DNA from: the human T2T-CHM13v2.0 reference genome, Homo sapiens
Length of the DNA stretch: 64,000 bases
Reading direction: 5' to 3' (one strand)
Assembly (NCBI RefSeq): GCF_009914755.1
Contig: NC_060947.1
Shown: piece by piece, positions 41,561-56,012 of the stretch
Layout of the letters: every line of letters begins with the position of its first letter
Numbering within the stretch: position 1 is the stretch's first letter
Translations under genes and position numbers: made by a program
Notes under the pieces: model-generated
The model's input: the letters and a program-made list of their open reading frames with translations, nothing else
The model's database searches: none
Told to the model about the DNA's origin: nothing

Positions 41561-43384
41561 ATTATTAAATCATGGATTTCATTTTTTATGAAAAATATAT
41601 TTATAGACTAGTTCATATCCCTCAAACTCTTGATAAATGAGTACTCTCTCTCACATGCGTATATTAACTAAAACAGGTCTATGTCCCACATGAAACCATT
41701 TTTATCCCCCGTACACTTTCATTTTTTTCTCTTTTGCTCTTAATTTGCAGATCATCTGACTGCATACAGAATGAATTATAGTTAAACCTTTATTAGTTAT
41801 TAAATGTTTGCTTTTTAATTCCAGTAACTTTCCTGAACATGGGTACTGGTATGATAGTGGAATTGATCTGCTGCTCTAGCTTACTAGAGGGCTTCCACCA
41901 GTTGAGTTTGAAAATATATTCGTATGTCAAGTGTAGAAGATATTCTGATACCTTAATTAGGGTTTCACATACACTTTTTTTTTTTCCAGAAAAGCTACTT
42001 GCTGAAAAGGGTAAGGGTACTAGAGCACTAACACCTACTAGTATGAAAGCTAAGGGGCATGACCGTTTGAAAAACAGATGTTTGGTCAATGAAAAATAAT
42101 ATATTTCACCTTAGACAGCTCTGCTCAAGTAATTTTTCTAAGAGTATGGGGGATTTTAGTCTTTCAGAATTTCCCCTAAAATATTTGCTTATAAAATATC
42201 GTGTTTTTATGAACAGTTTGTAAATATTTTACTCATTAATTGTAACAGGCAAACTATTTTGTTCTATATATTTGCTCCATAATTATACACTTATAATCCT
42301 GGAAGGTAGAAATTATGATAGTGGATTCATGCCCCTACATCCCTGCCTATTCTGGGAGTGACTTGAACAGGTGACAATTATGTAACTATCAATAAAAGAA
42401 AAAACTTGGATGTTATAAAGACAATGGAAGCCCTCAGATGAAGAAAACACAGCCATTCCCAGATTTTAATGCATGTTTTAAATCATTTCCATGGGAACCA
42501 ACATTTGGCACGAAGGCCAAATGAAAAACAGTTAAAAGGCAGCTTCTACCAAGCCAGATGGTTAATTTGTAACAGGGGACTATAACTAGGAGGAACTGGG
42601 TTATATAACCCCTAAAAGCACTTGATAATGGATTCAAGTGGACTAAATCACTGGGCTGCCTTCCAATATTCTCTCAGTGCTTCTATATGTGGCAATAACA
42701 TTATCAACCACAGGAGGAACCACCACTAATTGCAAAGTGTCTAGAAAGGTAAATGCCGCAGCTAAGCAAACATAGGAGTAAATATTTCTAGACTGATCAG
42801 GATTGTGTGGGTCATGAACCCTGAGGTAATCTAAATAAATTTACGCAAGGAGAAGCAGCAAGGCAGAGGAAGAAAGTGTATTGGTTTAAGATCCCAGAAC
42901 AATTAAAATAAAACTAATTATTCAGATTAACCATCAGTATACCTTCAAGCCAGCATTGTGTAATGTAACTTTCCATTGCATAGAATCTAAATATTCTCTG
43001 ATTTTTGTGCTAAAAGGAAGCATAGAGATTCAGTGAGTTACCCAAAGTTACAGAGCAAGTTATTGACACAGCTAGGACATTCGCCCTGGGACTAAAACTT
43101 AAGATAATCAGTACAATGAGATTTATTTGGACACACTGTTCCTTTGAGAAGGCGCTGGATCCTGTCCTTGGAAAAACTCTTGAAACAATTATTTCCCAGG
43201 ATCTTCTGCCAACTTATTATGGGAATATCTACTCTTATCATACATATAGTCACATACTGGGTCCCAGAATATAAAAAGAGGTAGGACGTTATTTTTCTCC
43301 TTCCTAAAGGGTAAAATTAGTTAAAGTTACAATATTGGGAAATAACCCCCAAGACACAAACACAAATTCATACAAACACATACC

Positions 43385-43590
43385 ATAGTGTGTTGCTATA
43401 TGGAAGCAAGACATCAATATCTTGAGGTTCTATTCCTGAGGCTACAACTTTAACTTTGTTGTGACATTGTGAAAAAATCAAATTTTTCATACCTCAATTC
43501 TTCCAGTTATAAAATGGGTTTAATGATGACTATCTCAAAAAGTTATTACAAATACAATTAACACTTTAATTATGAGAAATCATATTACAA
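43385..43590 (+). mobile_element. MIR fragment
   Basis: acctcaattcttccagttataaaatggg core. Confidence 0.55.
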
Positions 43591-44605
43591 CAAAGCCAAT
43601 TTCACAAGAAGAAACATATTGCCTATAAGGCTTCATTAACTGGTGCATGTTTCATATTTCTTTCTCTCTTTCCTTATTCATAATAATTTATTGGTTTTAT
43701 TAAACTAGTATAGTAACAAACATTTTAGTACAATCTAAAAGAAAAATATGTATAATGTGTAAATAAAATATACTTGTTGAAGAGTACATAAAATATACTT
43801 GTTGAAGAATAAATTACATTCTCTGAAAATTTCATATAATTTGAGAAATATATTTAGAAATATGAAAAATATGAACACTAACGTTTGTGACTAAAAGTTG
43901 TTTACTTCTGTCACATTTTGAAGAATTGATATTTAGCTTTTCTTCTCCCCACTGGTGATAGAATTATCTGTAAATGTAATCAACATTATTATCTTACCTT
44001 GGATGACTAATTCATCATATGAAGGAAAAGGCTCACTTTTAATTAGTTTGGCTATTAAGGAAGATAGTTAAATTGTTAACAAGTTTTTGTGAATATTAAT
44101 TCTAGGAAAAGACTTTGTATCACTGCCTACACTCATTCAAAATGCCAACAAGACAACTTTGTCCTTGTAATTTTCTACAGAGTGCAACAGAATTGGCCCA
44201 AATACTATTACTTGTTCATTGCTAGTGCTCTCAGTGGGCTTTCTTGGAGCATTCCAGCACAGCAGGCATTGTTCAGTGCCTCCAGCCATAGTTTAATGGA
44301 GAAAGCTGTCATGATTAACTCTGTTTGGAAAAAACAATCAGTGCAGGATCCAACGGTAGCTCCTAACCTCTGCAAAAACATGTCTTGGAATCTAGATCCA
44401 TTCTCTTTGCCCTGTGGAGTCATGCAGACCTAAAGGGCAAAATTTGGTATCAGAATTCTCATACCCTCAAATTTTGCTGGAAAGAGTGCTACATTAGTAG
44501 TTCTATAAAGAGACAATAGTCTAAATAAAGAAAATAAATTACTCTTAAATACACTGAGCTTTTTTCCTTCAGTCTTTGTGCTTCCTAGGGATATGTTTAA
44601 AGATA

Positions 44606-44935
44606 CATCATTCTCAGTAAACTATCGCAAGAACAAAAAACCAAACACCGCATATTCTCACTCATAGGTGGGAATTGAACAATGAGATCACATGGACACA
44701 GGAAGGGGAATATCACACTCTGGGGACTGTTGTGGGGTGGGGGAAGGGGGGAGGGATAGCATTGGGAGATATACCTAATGCTAGATGACGAGTTAGTGGG
44801 TGCAGTGCACCAGCATGGCACATGTATACATATGTAACTAACCTGCACAATGTGCACATGTACCCTAACACTTAAAGTATAATAATAAAAAAAAAGTATC
44901 TCAAAAAAAATAAATAAATAAATAAATAAATAAAT
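44606..44935 (+). mobile_element. Very young 5'-truncated L1 (L1PA2-like, GAG variant)
   Basis: gagatcacatggacac, aatatcacactc, gctagatgacgagttagtggg and gcacaatgtg diagnostics. TSD aaagatac (44599-44606 / 44936-44943). A and (TAAA)n tail. Confidence 0.95.
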
Positions 44936-45559
44936 AAAGATACTATCAGGATTTCAATGGCAGGTCTCTAAGCGTGACCCAAATGGCCAGTTGCAAAGAA
45001 GATGCATGCAATCTCAAAGGAATCCCCTACCCCCAGCTGGTCCTAAATGACTCTGCTCTTGCCTCATTAAAGAATTTCTATCATTCCTCCAATCATAACA
45101 GGATATTATTTACTTCTGCCTTGTCTTATTCATAAGTCACCACAAATGCCAACCCAGATTTTTACTCTTTTCTGCACAGGAATTCCTTTGGGCGGGGCTC
45201 TCCCCAAGCATACATGTTCCTTACCCCCAAATAGGGCACCCTTCACTCAGGCCTTGTTCTTGTCACTTATTATAAGCTCTCACTCATCCTCTTTACGCCG
45301 TCAGTTGGAATTCTCTGCCTGAATTAATCAAGGATTTGAGGTTTGCCTCTTCGTTATTGGCTTAGTAGCAATCCCTACCCTGAGTGCACAATTTCTACCT
45401 TGATTTCAGTGTTCCCCATATATGATTCTTACTCAAATGCAAGCCCACATACAGAGACTGACTAATCCTAACATGGAACCCAGGCATAAGGTCAGAAGAG
45501 GTATGCCCCTCCCCAAATCTAATATAATATTGCTGCAAGCCGTTGAAAACTAATCCAGT

Positions 45560-46790
45560 GATTTAACTGAGAGGTAATGGTTTCTCAGAGCAGGGCAGTA
45601 ACAGTTCAGATGGAGAGAAGTGGTAGGATTCTGGATATAATTGAAGGTAGAGCCAGCAGAATTTACTAATGGATTGGATGTGTGGCATGGGAAGAAGACA
45701 GGAGTCAAAATAACCTCCATGTGGGTGGCCCGAGCTGCTAGAAAAATGGATCTGCCATTTTTTTTGAGACATAAAAGACAATGAGAGTAATAGATTTAGG
45801 GAGTGGAAACCAAGATTTTTTCCTAAAACTTGTCAGGTTCAAGCTGCCTATGAAGCATCTGATTTATACATGAGACTGGATGAGATCACCAAGCAACTGA
45901 GTATCAAAGACCAAGGACTGGGCCCTGAGGCAGTGTTACATTAAAAGGCTGAAGACAAGCAAAACTTCCCAAAAAGAGACCAAGAAAGAGCATTCAGTGA
46001 TATAAAATGAAAATGAAGAGTGTGTAGCATCCTGGAGAATAAGTGAAGACAGCATATTTAAAAAGGAGAGAGTGATCAAATGAGTCAGATGTTGCTGATG
46101 AGTCAAGTAAGGTGAAGTAGAGAAATTATTAGTGATTCTAGAAATGTTGAGGTCATTGGTGATTTTGGTGAGAGCAGTTTTAGTGGAATGCTGGGAACAA
46201 AGGCCTGAGTGAAGTGGGTTTGAGAAGCAATAGGAGGTGAAGAATTGGAGACAGTGAATATAGATATTTCTTACAAGAGGTTTTCCTGCAAACAATAAAA
46301 AGGACATGCGACAGTAACTGCAGGAGGATCAGGAAAAGCATTTTATTTTTTTGCCTGTTTGTGGATTGAGATGGAAGAAACTTAAAAAATAATGTTCTTG
46401 TGCTGATGTGAATAATTCTGTAGAGAGGCGGATATTGATGGTGCACTGAAATGAAACATGTGGCATCTAATAGTCAAATGGTGAGATATTAGGTTGGTGC
46501 AAAAGTAACTGCTGTTTTTGCCATTAAAAGTAATGGCAAAAACCTAATACCCAGGACCACATTCTTCAAAGACGATAAGCAGCTGAGTGAATACGGTGCA
46601 GCACATCTAGGAAAGTTTTCTTCTGACTGACTTAGTTTTCCAGTGAGGTATGAAGACAGTCATCATCTGAGCATGAAATTGGAGGAGGAGGAGGAAATTT
46701 TGGAGGTGTGAGGAGAGAGAGAAATGAATGAAATATAGAAGAAGGGAAGGCTGAATTGGCCAGGGAAGTATAGTATGATTTTTCTGTAAT
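45560..46790 (-). mobile_element. L2 (L2a-like) body
   Basis: gagaagtggtaggattctggatataattgaaggtagagccagcagaatttactaatggattggatgtg and other L2 motifs. Confidence 0.85.
46489..46547. mobile_element. MADE1 (Hsmar1-derived MITE), right arm internally deleted
   Basis: ttaggttggtgcaaaagtaa..tttttgccatta/taatggcaaaaacctaa, flanked by TA on both sides. Confidence 0.92.
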
Positions 46791-47429
46791 AAGCCAAAAA
46801 GTGTGAATTTAGAGCTAATCAGCTAGAATCCTGCATAACCTATAGGATGCCTCTGCATGGGAGTGTATGCAGCGCAGCAGTATGTGGATACAAAAGTGGG
46901 TAATCAGGATAGCAGTCTGCGGAAAAAGGAAACCAATAAAATATTTATAAGCAGTTCCTCTGCTTCCTTGTAGTCCCACTCTCTTCTGTTCAGCCATCCA
47001 ACGTTGGAATGTCTCAAGGCTTTCTTGTCTTCTCACCCTACACTTGCCCTTCTGGCAATCATGTCCACTCCCTGGATTTCAGTTGCCTTTCTATATGCAA
47101 CTGACACTCAAAAGCATATCGTCATATATACTAGTACCTTGATAGACTAGATGATATGATATCTGGAATTTGCTTCAAAATGATTCTGGATAGAGATACA
47201 GTATGTGGGCATATAGATAAAATAAAACTGATTATGAACTGATCTTTGTTGAAGATGCAGCATGCATACAAGTTGCTTATTCTAGTTTTCTGTCTACTTT
47301 TGTAAATATTTGGAAATTTTCGTAATATAAAATAAGAGTAAATAGCTACATTGCTTTTTCTCAGCTGAACCTTGCTATATGCAACTACTTAATTTACATC
47401 TCCTCTTAGATAATAATAGTCAACAGAAA

Positions 47430-47645
47430 TAAAAACAGCTAATATGTTTTGAATACATAGCAAGTACCAGCTCTCCTCTGTGCACTTTGTATTTATTCCT
47501 TACAATAGTTATATGAGGTTACTATTAATTATTATTTATGTTTTACATATCAAGAACCTAAGGCACAACAGTGTTAAATACCTTCCCTGGGTTACACAAG
47601 TGGCTACCCTTAAATTCAAATTCAGGCAGTCTGTTGCAGAACCCT
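47430..47645 (-). mobile_element. MIR
   Basis: ttattccttacaatag..atgaggttactatta..aggcacaa..ttcaaattcaggcagtctg. Confidence 0.7.
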
Positions 47646-47880
47646 ACTCAAGTATCAAAGGTACTTTAAACTCAATATGTCCAAGATGAAATATGATCTC
47701 CCCTTCCCAGCACCTGTTCTTTTCCAGTGTTCCTTTTTCTCTGTTCATGTTGACTCCATTTAACCAGGTGTGAAAGCCAGAAATGGAAATGTCAACTCTG
47801 ATATTTTCACTCTCACTTCCTATCACCTATGTAACACCAAATCCTTTTGATTATACCTACTAGGTAATTACAAAATTGTT

Positions 47881-47952
47881 CTATCTATGTATCTATCTAT
47901 CTACCTATCACTCTATCAATCTATCATCTAACTATCATGTATCTATCTATCT
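47881..47952 (+). repeat. Imperfect (CTAT)n tetranucleotide repeat
   Basis: Seen directly. Confidence 0.85.
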
Positions 47953-48034
47953 TTATTCATCTTCCACCACAATTCAAGACCAAGTTACCATGGCCTCTTT
48001 TCTTCACTTTTGCAGATTGTTCTTTGCAAAATAA

Positions 48035-48434
<400 letters not shown>

Positions 48435-48710
48435 TTAATATGATCTTTAGGTCTCTGTATATCCTGATTCCTTCCTTCACTTTCATTTATCTCTCACCTT
48501 CACTCTGCAGTTAGCCACACTGGCGGTGTCTGAGTGCCTCTCATACACAGTGGACTCTTGAAAAAGTTTTATTTATTTTTTCCTAGTCCACGCCCTTAGG
48601 CTCATATACAAGGCTCTTTTCACTCCAACGTTTATCTGTTAACCCTGCCTCATTTATCATTTCTCAGCTGTAGTCACTTCTCTCATCTCCCAGTATGAGT
48701 TTACACTTTT

Positions 48711-51700
48711 GGGTTTCTTTTTTATTTTTTTCTTTTTAATTTTTGTGGGTACATAGTAGGTGCATATATTTATGGGTTACATGACATATTTTGATACAGG
48801 CATGAAATTTCTAATAATCGCATCATGGAGAATGTGGTATCTATCCTATTAAGCATTTGTCCTTTGTGTTACAGACAATACAATCATACATGCTTTTAGT
48901 TATTTTTAGATGTACAATTAAGTTATTATTGATAATAGTCACCCTGTTGTGTGGTCAAATAGTAGGGCTTATTCATACTTTCTATTTTTTTTGTACACAT
49001 TAACCATCTCCACCTCCCCGCCATATCTCCGCTACCCTTCTCATCCTCTGTTAACCGTACTTTTATTCTCTATCTTCGTGAGTTCCATGTTTTGTTTCTA
49101 AGATCCCACAAATGAGTGAGAATATCTGATGTTTGTCTTTCTTAGCCTGGCTTATTCTGCTTAACAGAATGATCTCCAGTTCTATCCATGTTGCTCCAAA
49201 TGACAGAATCTCATTTTTTTCCTCTGGCTGAACGACACTCCATTGTGTATAAGAACCACATTTTTTCTGATGTATTCATCTGTTGGTGGACACTTAGGTT
49301 GCTTCCAAATCTTGGTTACTGTAAATAGTGCTGCAAAACAAAACAAAACAAAACAAAAAACAACAACAACAACAACAACAAAAAACACGGATGTGCAGAT
49401 ATCTCTTCAACATACGGATTTCCTTTTTTTTTTGGCGTATATCCAGCAGTGGGATTGCTGGATCATATGGTAGCTCAATTTTTGGTTTTCTGAGGCCTCC
49501 AGACTATTCTCTGTAGCTGTTGTACTAATTTATATTCCGACCAACAGTGTATGAGGATTCCTTTTCCTCCACATTCTCACCAATATTTGTTATTGCCTGT
49601 CTATTGAATAAAAGCCATTTAAATTGGGGTGAGGTGATATCTCACTTTGGCTTTGATTTGCATTACTGTCATTATCAGTGACATTGAACACCTTTTCATA
49701 TGCCTGTTTGCCATTTGTATGTCTTCTTTTGAGAAATGTTTATTCTGATTTTTTGCCCATTTTAACATTGAATTATTAGATTTTTTTCCTAAAGAGTTGT
49801 TTGAGCTCCTTATATATTCTGGTTATTAATCCCTTGTCAGATGGGTGGTTTGCAAATATTCTTCCATTCTGTGGGTTGTGTTTTCACTTTTTTGATTGTT
49901 TCCTTTGCTGTGCAGAAGATTTTTAACTTGATATGATGATTTCATTTGCTTATTTTTGCTTTGGTTGTCTGTGCAAGAAATTTTTGCCCAGCTCAATGTT
50001 CTGGAGATTTTCTCAAAGTTTTCTTGTAGTAGTTTCATATTTTGAAGTCTTAGATTTAAGACTTTAATCCATTTTGATTTTATTTTTGTATACAGTGAGA
50101 GATAGGGGTCTAGTTTCATTCTTCTGCATATGGATATCCAGTTTTCTCTGGACCATTTATTGAATAGACTATGATTTCCCTAGTGTATGTTCTTGGCAAG
50201 TTTGTTGAAAATGAGTTCACTGCAGATTTGTGGATTTGATTCTGGGATATCTGTATTCTGTTCCATTGGTCTATATGTTTATTTTTATTCCAGCACCATA
50301 CTCTATTACGGCTCTGTAGTATAATTTGAAGTCAGGTAATGTGATTCTTGCCAGTGTTCATCTTTTTGTTCGTATAAGCTTTAAAAATTTTTTTCTAATT
50401 CTTTGAAGAATGTCATTGGTATTTTAACAAAAACAGCATTGAAATGATACATTGCTTTGGGTGGTATGGACATATCAAGAATGTTGATTATTTCAATTCC
50501 TGGATATGACATATCTTTCCATTTTGTTGTCCTCTTCAATTTCCTGCATCAGTGTTTTATAGTTTTCATTGTAGAGATCTTTAACTTTTTATAAGTTAAT
50601 TTCTAGTTATTTAATTTTATTTATGGCTACTGTAATGAGATTACTTTTTGAATTCTTTTCAGGTTGTACACTGTTGGTATATAGTAATGCTACTGATTTT
50701 TGTATATAGATTCTGTATCCATCAACCTTACTCAATTTGTTTATCAGTTCTATTAATAATAACTTTGTGTGGTGTTTTTAGGTATTTCCAAAAATAAGAT
50801 CATATCAACTGCAAACAAATACAATTTTACTTCTTATTTTCTAATATGAATGCCTGCCTTTTATTTCTTTTGGTTGTCCTATTGCTCTAGCTAAGACTTA
50901 CATTACCATGTTTCCTAACAGTGGTAAAGTGGGCATCCTTGCCATATTTCAGATCTTAGAGGAAGTGCTGTCATTTTCCCCTATTTAGTATGATACTAAC
51001 TGTGAGTCTGTCATATATAGCTTTTATTATGTTGAATATGTTCCTTCTATACCCATTTGTAGTGTTTTTATCATTAAGAGATGATGGAATATATCAAATA
51101 CTTTTTCAGCATCAATTGAGATCATCATATAGTTTTTGTCCTTCATTCTGTTAATATGATGTGTCACATTGATTGACTTATGTATGTTGAACCGCACATG
51201 CATCCCAGAAATAAATCCCACTTGATCATAATGAAGGATATTTTTATTGTATTGTTGAATTTAATTTACTAGTATTCTGTTGAGAATTTTGATGTCAATA
51301 TTCATCAGAGATATTGGCCTATAGTTTTTTTTAATGTGTCTTTGGTTTTGGTGTCAAGGTAAGACTGGCTTTGTAGAATTAGTTTGAAATTTTTACCTGC
51401 TCCTCTATCTTTGAGGATAGTTTGGGTAGGATTGGTATACATTCTATTTTTAATGTTTGGTAGCAACAGTGAAGCCATTGTGCCCCTGGCTTTTCTTTAC
51501 TGGAAGACTTTTTCTTATGGCTTCAATCTTACTTGTTATTGGTTTATTGAGGTTTTGGATTTCTCCATGGTTCAATCTTGGTTGGTTGTATGTTTCTAGA
51601 AATGTATTCTTTTTTATGGATTTTCTAATTTATTGGCATATCATTGCTCAAGTTAGCCACTAATAATCCTTTGAATTTCTGCAGTGTCAGTTGTAATGTC

Positions 51701-54700
51701 TCTTTTTTTTATCCATGATTTTATTTATCTTTTGTTTCTCCCCTTTTTTTAAGTTAGTTTGGGTAAAGGTTTATCTATTTTGTTTATCTTCTCAAAAATC
51801 AACTTTTGGGGGCTAGGGATGGTGGCTCACGCCTGTAATCCCAGCACTTTTTGGGAGGTCACTTGAGGTGAGAAGTTTGAGTCCAGCTCGGCCAACCTGG
51901 CAAAATCCTGTCTCTATTAAAAAAGTAGAAATAGAAATAAATCACTTTTTTTGTTTTATTTGATCTTTTGCATGGTTTTGTTCATTTCAAATTCATTCGT
52001 CTCTGCTCCAATCTTTAATATTTATTTTCTTCTACTAATTTCAGGTTTGGTTTGCTCTAGATCTTCTAGTTCTTTAAGAGTCATGCTTAAGTTCTTTATT
52101 TGATGTTTTTCTTCTTTTCTATGTAGGCATTTATAGCTATAAATTTCCCTTTTTATGCTGCTTTGCTGTATCTCATAGGTTTTGGTATGTTGTGCTTCCA
52201 TTATCATTTGTTTCAAGAATTTTTTCAATTTCCTTCTTAATTTCTTAACTTGGTAATTAAGAAGCATATTGTTTTATTTCCATGTGTTTGGAAAGTTTCC
52301 AAAATTCCGTTTGCTATTGATTTCTGGTTTTATTCCACTGTGGTTGGAGAAGATGCTTGATATTATTTCCATTTATTAAATGTTTTGATACTTGTTTTGT
52401 GACCTAAAATAAGGTCTATCCCTGAGAATAATCCACATGCTGAGGAGAATAATGTGTCTTTTATACCCAGTGGATGAAATGTTCTGTTAATCTCTATTAG
52501 GTCCATTTGTTCGACAGTGCAGATGATGCCTGATGTTTCTTTGTTGATTTTCTGTTTTGGAGATCTGTGCAATGCGGAATGTGTGGTGATGAAGATGCCA
52601 GCTATTATAGTATTGATGCCTGTCTCTTTTTCTGGCGCTAATAATATTTGCTTTATATATCTGTGCGCTCCAGTATTAGGTACATACACATTTACAATTG
52701 TTATATTGTCTTGTTGAAGGGACAACTTTATCATTATGTAATGACATTCTTTGTGTCTTCTTTTGTCTTATCTCTTCTTGTCTTATCCCATGAGTAACCT
52801 TTCTACTGCTATCTCTTTCTCTACCTCCGCTTTAAGGCAAATAATTCTTAGATTTACCCTTTTAAGGCTATTTCCTAGATCTTGTAGGTGTACTTCATTA
52901 TTTTTATTCTTTTTTGTCTCCTCTGACTGTGTATTTTAAAATATCCAGTCTTCAAGTTCACTAATTCTTTCTTCAGCTTGGTCAGTTCTGCTATTAAGAG
53001 GCTCTAATGTATTCTTCAGTATATACATTCCATTTATTAATTCCAAAATTTCTGCTTGATTCTTTTAAATTACTTCAATTCTTTGTTAAATTTATCTGAT
53101 AGAATTATGAATTTCTTCTCTGTGTTATCTTGAATTTCTTTGAGTTTCCTCAAAACAGCTATTTTGAATTATCTGAAAGGTCACCAGTCTCTGTTTTTCC
53201 AGAATTTATCCTTTGTGCCTTATTTGGTTCATTTGGTGAGGTTGTGTTTTCCTGGGTGGTCTTGATGCTTGTAGAGGTTCTTCAGTGTCCAGGCATTGAA
53301 AAGTTGGGTATTTATTATAGTCTTCACACTCTGGGCTTGTTTGTACCTGTTTTTTTTTTTTTTTTTTTTTTTGAGAAGGCATTCCAGATATTCAAAAAAA
53401 TTTTCAGGTATTAGAAGGGACTTGGGCCACAGCCCAGTAATGCTTTGGTTTTTGCAGACTCATAGAAGTACCACCTTGATGGCCATGGATAAGATCCAAA
53501 AGAATTCTCTAGATTACCAGTCAGAGACTCTCATTCTTTTCCCTTACTTTCTGGCAAACAAATGGTATCTCTCTCTCTCTTTCTCTCTCTCTCTTTCAAT
53601 CTCTCTCTTTTCTGAACTGCTTAGAACTGGGAGCGTGGTGATGCAAGATTCCCTGTAACCACCATCACTGGGACTGCACTCGGTCAGACCGGAAGCCAGC
53701 ACATCACTGAGTCTTGCCAAGACCGCTGTAACCTGTAACCACTACCTGGCTACTGCCAATGCTTCCTCAAGACGCTAGGGCTCTATGATTAGCAGGTGGC
53801 AAAGCCAGCCAGGTTCGTTTTCTTCCCTTCAGTGCAGTGAGCTCCCCCTGGTCCTGGGCAGGTTCAGAGATGCAGTCTGAGTTCCAGGAATTTAAGTAAA
53901 ACACTTTTGAAATTTATCTTATTTTATATTTTACTGTGACTAAGCTGGTGCACAAGCACCACACGAAGTCCTTCACACTCTTTCTTTTGTTTTCACATGC
54001 AGAGGAGCCTCTCCCTGCGACCACCACCGACACCACTGGCCACCAGTGATGTTCACTTAAAGCCCAAGGGCTCTTCTGTTAGCCTGTGGTGAATGCTTCC
54101 ATGCCTAGGACTCATCCTTCAGGACGGTGGGCTCCCCTCTGTCCCAGGGTAGGTCCAGAAATGCTGTCCAAGAGCCTAGGCCTGGACTCAGGGACCCCAA
54201 GAGCCTGCTTGTTTCTCTACCTCACTGTGGCTGAGCCTCTACTTAAGGTGCAAGACAAAGTCCCCTTTACTTGTCTCTCTGTTTTTCTCAAAAAAAAAAA
54301 AAAAAGGAGTCTTTCACTGTAGCCACTACAGCTGGGAGTATGCTAGGTCATACCTGCAGTCAGCACATCTCAGAGCCCAAGGCTTATGGTGTATTCCCTG
54401 GGTATTGTTATTGGTTATTCAGGGCCCAAGGGCTCAGCAGGTGATAAATCCTTCCAGGACTGGGTCCTTCCCTTCAACGCGGTAGGCTCTCTTTTGGCCC
54501 AGGGTGTGTCTAGAAATACCATTTGGCAGCTTGGTCCTGGAATGGGGGTCCTCATGACTCTGCCTGGTACCCTATCCTATGATGGCTGAGCTAGTATCCA
54601 AGGTGCAAGGCAAAGAACTCTTTACTCTTCACTCTCCTCTCTTTAAGCAGAAGTTAGGAGCTACATTCATTGCTGTGAGCTGCGCTACCTGTGGTTAGGG

Positions 54701-55325
54701 GAGGAGTGTTGCAAGCACTCCCTTAGCCACTCTAGCTGATGTCTGCCTAGGTCACGTGTCATCCTAGTCCACTGACTCTGAGCCTAGCCCAGTGCGAGGA
54801 GTTGCCTGGGAATTGCAATTTTTGTGTGTTAGGCAGCTTTTCAAGTTTACCCAGGATCCCAGAGCACTTTGGCTACAATGATGAGGATTGCCAAGAGACT
54901 GAAGTTCTGACTGTTGGGTTGAGTGATTCCCCTCTGGCTAAGTCAGCTCCAAATGCTCCCTTCATGTGCAGGCATTGGCTGATAACAGCATGACTTCTCT
55001 CAACTGTAACAGGGCAGCACTTAGTCCAATTTAAAGTCCCTCACTTGCTGTGCTCTCCCTCTCCCAGGTTGGCAGACTGTTTGTGCTTCTCATCCTCTTC
55101 TGGGGGATGGGGGAGGATTGGCATCAGCTATTTAAGACTGTCTTTCAAACTCTCTTTAATACCTCTTTTAGGGATATAAAGTTAAAACCAGGTACTGTTA
55201 TTGCTTACCTGATTTTTGGTTCTTTTAACACTGTTTTCTGTGTGTAGATAGTTGTTAAAACCTGGTGTTCTTGTGAAGGAGATGATTGGTGGGGACTATT
55301 CTTCTGCCATATTACTCTTTCCCCT
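48711..55325 (-). mobile_element. Decayed L1MA (L1MA1-3-like) with both termini and an internal deletion near 52780
   Basis: 3' end tttttgtgggtacatagtaggtg. ORF2 remnants (52363-52734 EN-like, 51027 RT-like). TSD agtttacactttt (48698-48710) / agtttatactttt (55326-55338). Confidence 0.93.
51811..51940 (+). mobile_element. Alu left monomer or FLAM-like, with an internal deletion
   Basis: ggtggctcacgcctgtaatcccagcac..cctgtctctattaaaaaa. TSD aaaatcaactttt / aaaatcactttt. Confidence 0.8.
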
Positions 55326-56012
55326 AGTTTATACTTTTCTTATGTGCTCTTGTAGAAGCACATTACTTCAAGCACTTAGTGTCAATCCATGTGATTATTT
55401 GGTTGTCTCTCTTCCCATCAAGGCTCTAAGCTTTATGACATCAGGCATAATACCTGCCACTTAGTAGGTACTTAATATTTTTGATTGCATGAATGAATAA
55501 ATGAATGAATATACCAGTGACATCATATTTTGCACACTAAAGTTTAAGAATCCTTATTGTAGAAATGCTACTCTTCTTTCTACTCGTTTGCTTCCATATT
55601 AATTAAGGCTACATATACTGCTAATGTCTTTCCTAAAATCAGACCGGTCCTAGTTGATAAGGCTCACATTTATAGATGGACTATATTAGTAAGTCTGTCA
55701 ATATCAACGGCTAGACAGAATGGATGAGCAACAGGAAATCACAAATTATTGCTGAATGGAATGTAAATTGCTAAAACTACTATGAAAATCGTAAGTTTCT
55801 AATCCTGTGACCAAGCAACTTATTTGGTGTCCAATGAATCCTGGTTAGGAATTTCTACTGTAGAGAAATGTTACATAAGCACACTACAAAACATGCATAA
55901 ATATATTAAAAGCAGCACTGTTCATATGAGTGAAAATTTTCAAACAATTCAAATGTCATCAACATTGAAAGAATAGATAAATTGTAGCATGTACCATACA
56001 ATAGAATACCAA

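Noticed and set aside
44089-44433. Overlapping 114-aa (+) and 71-aa (-) ORFs in unique sequence
   Set aside because: No recognisable homology or convincing splice context, and the lengths are within chance expectation.
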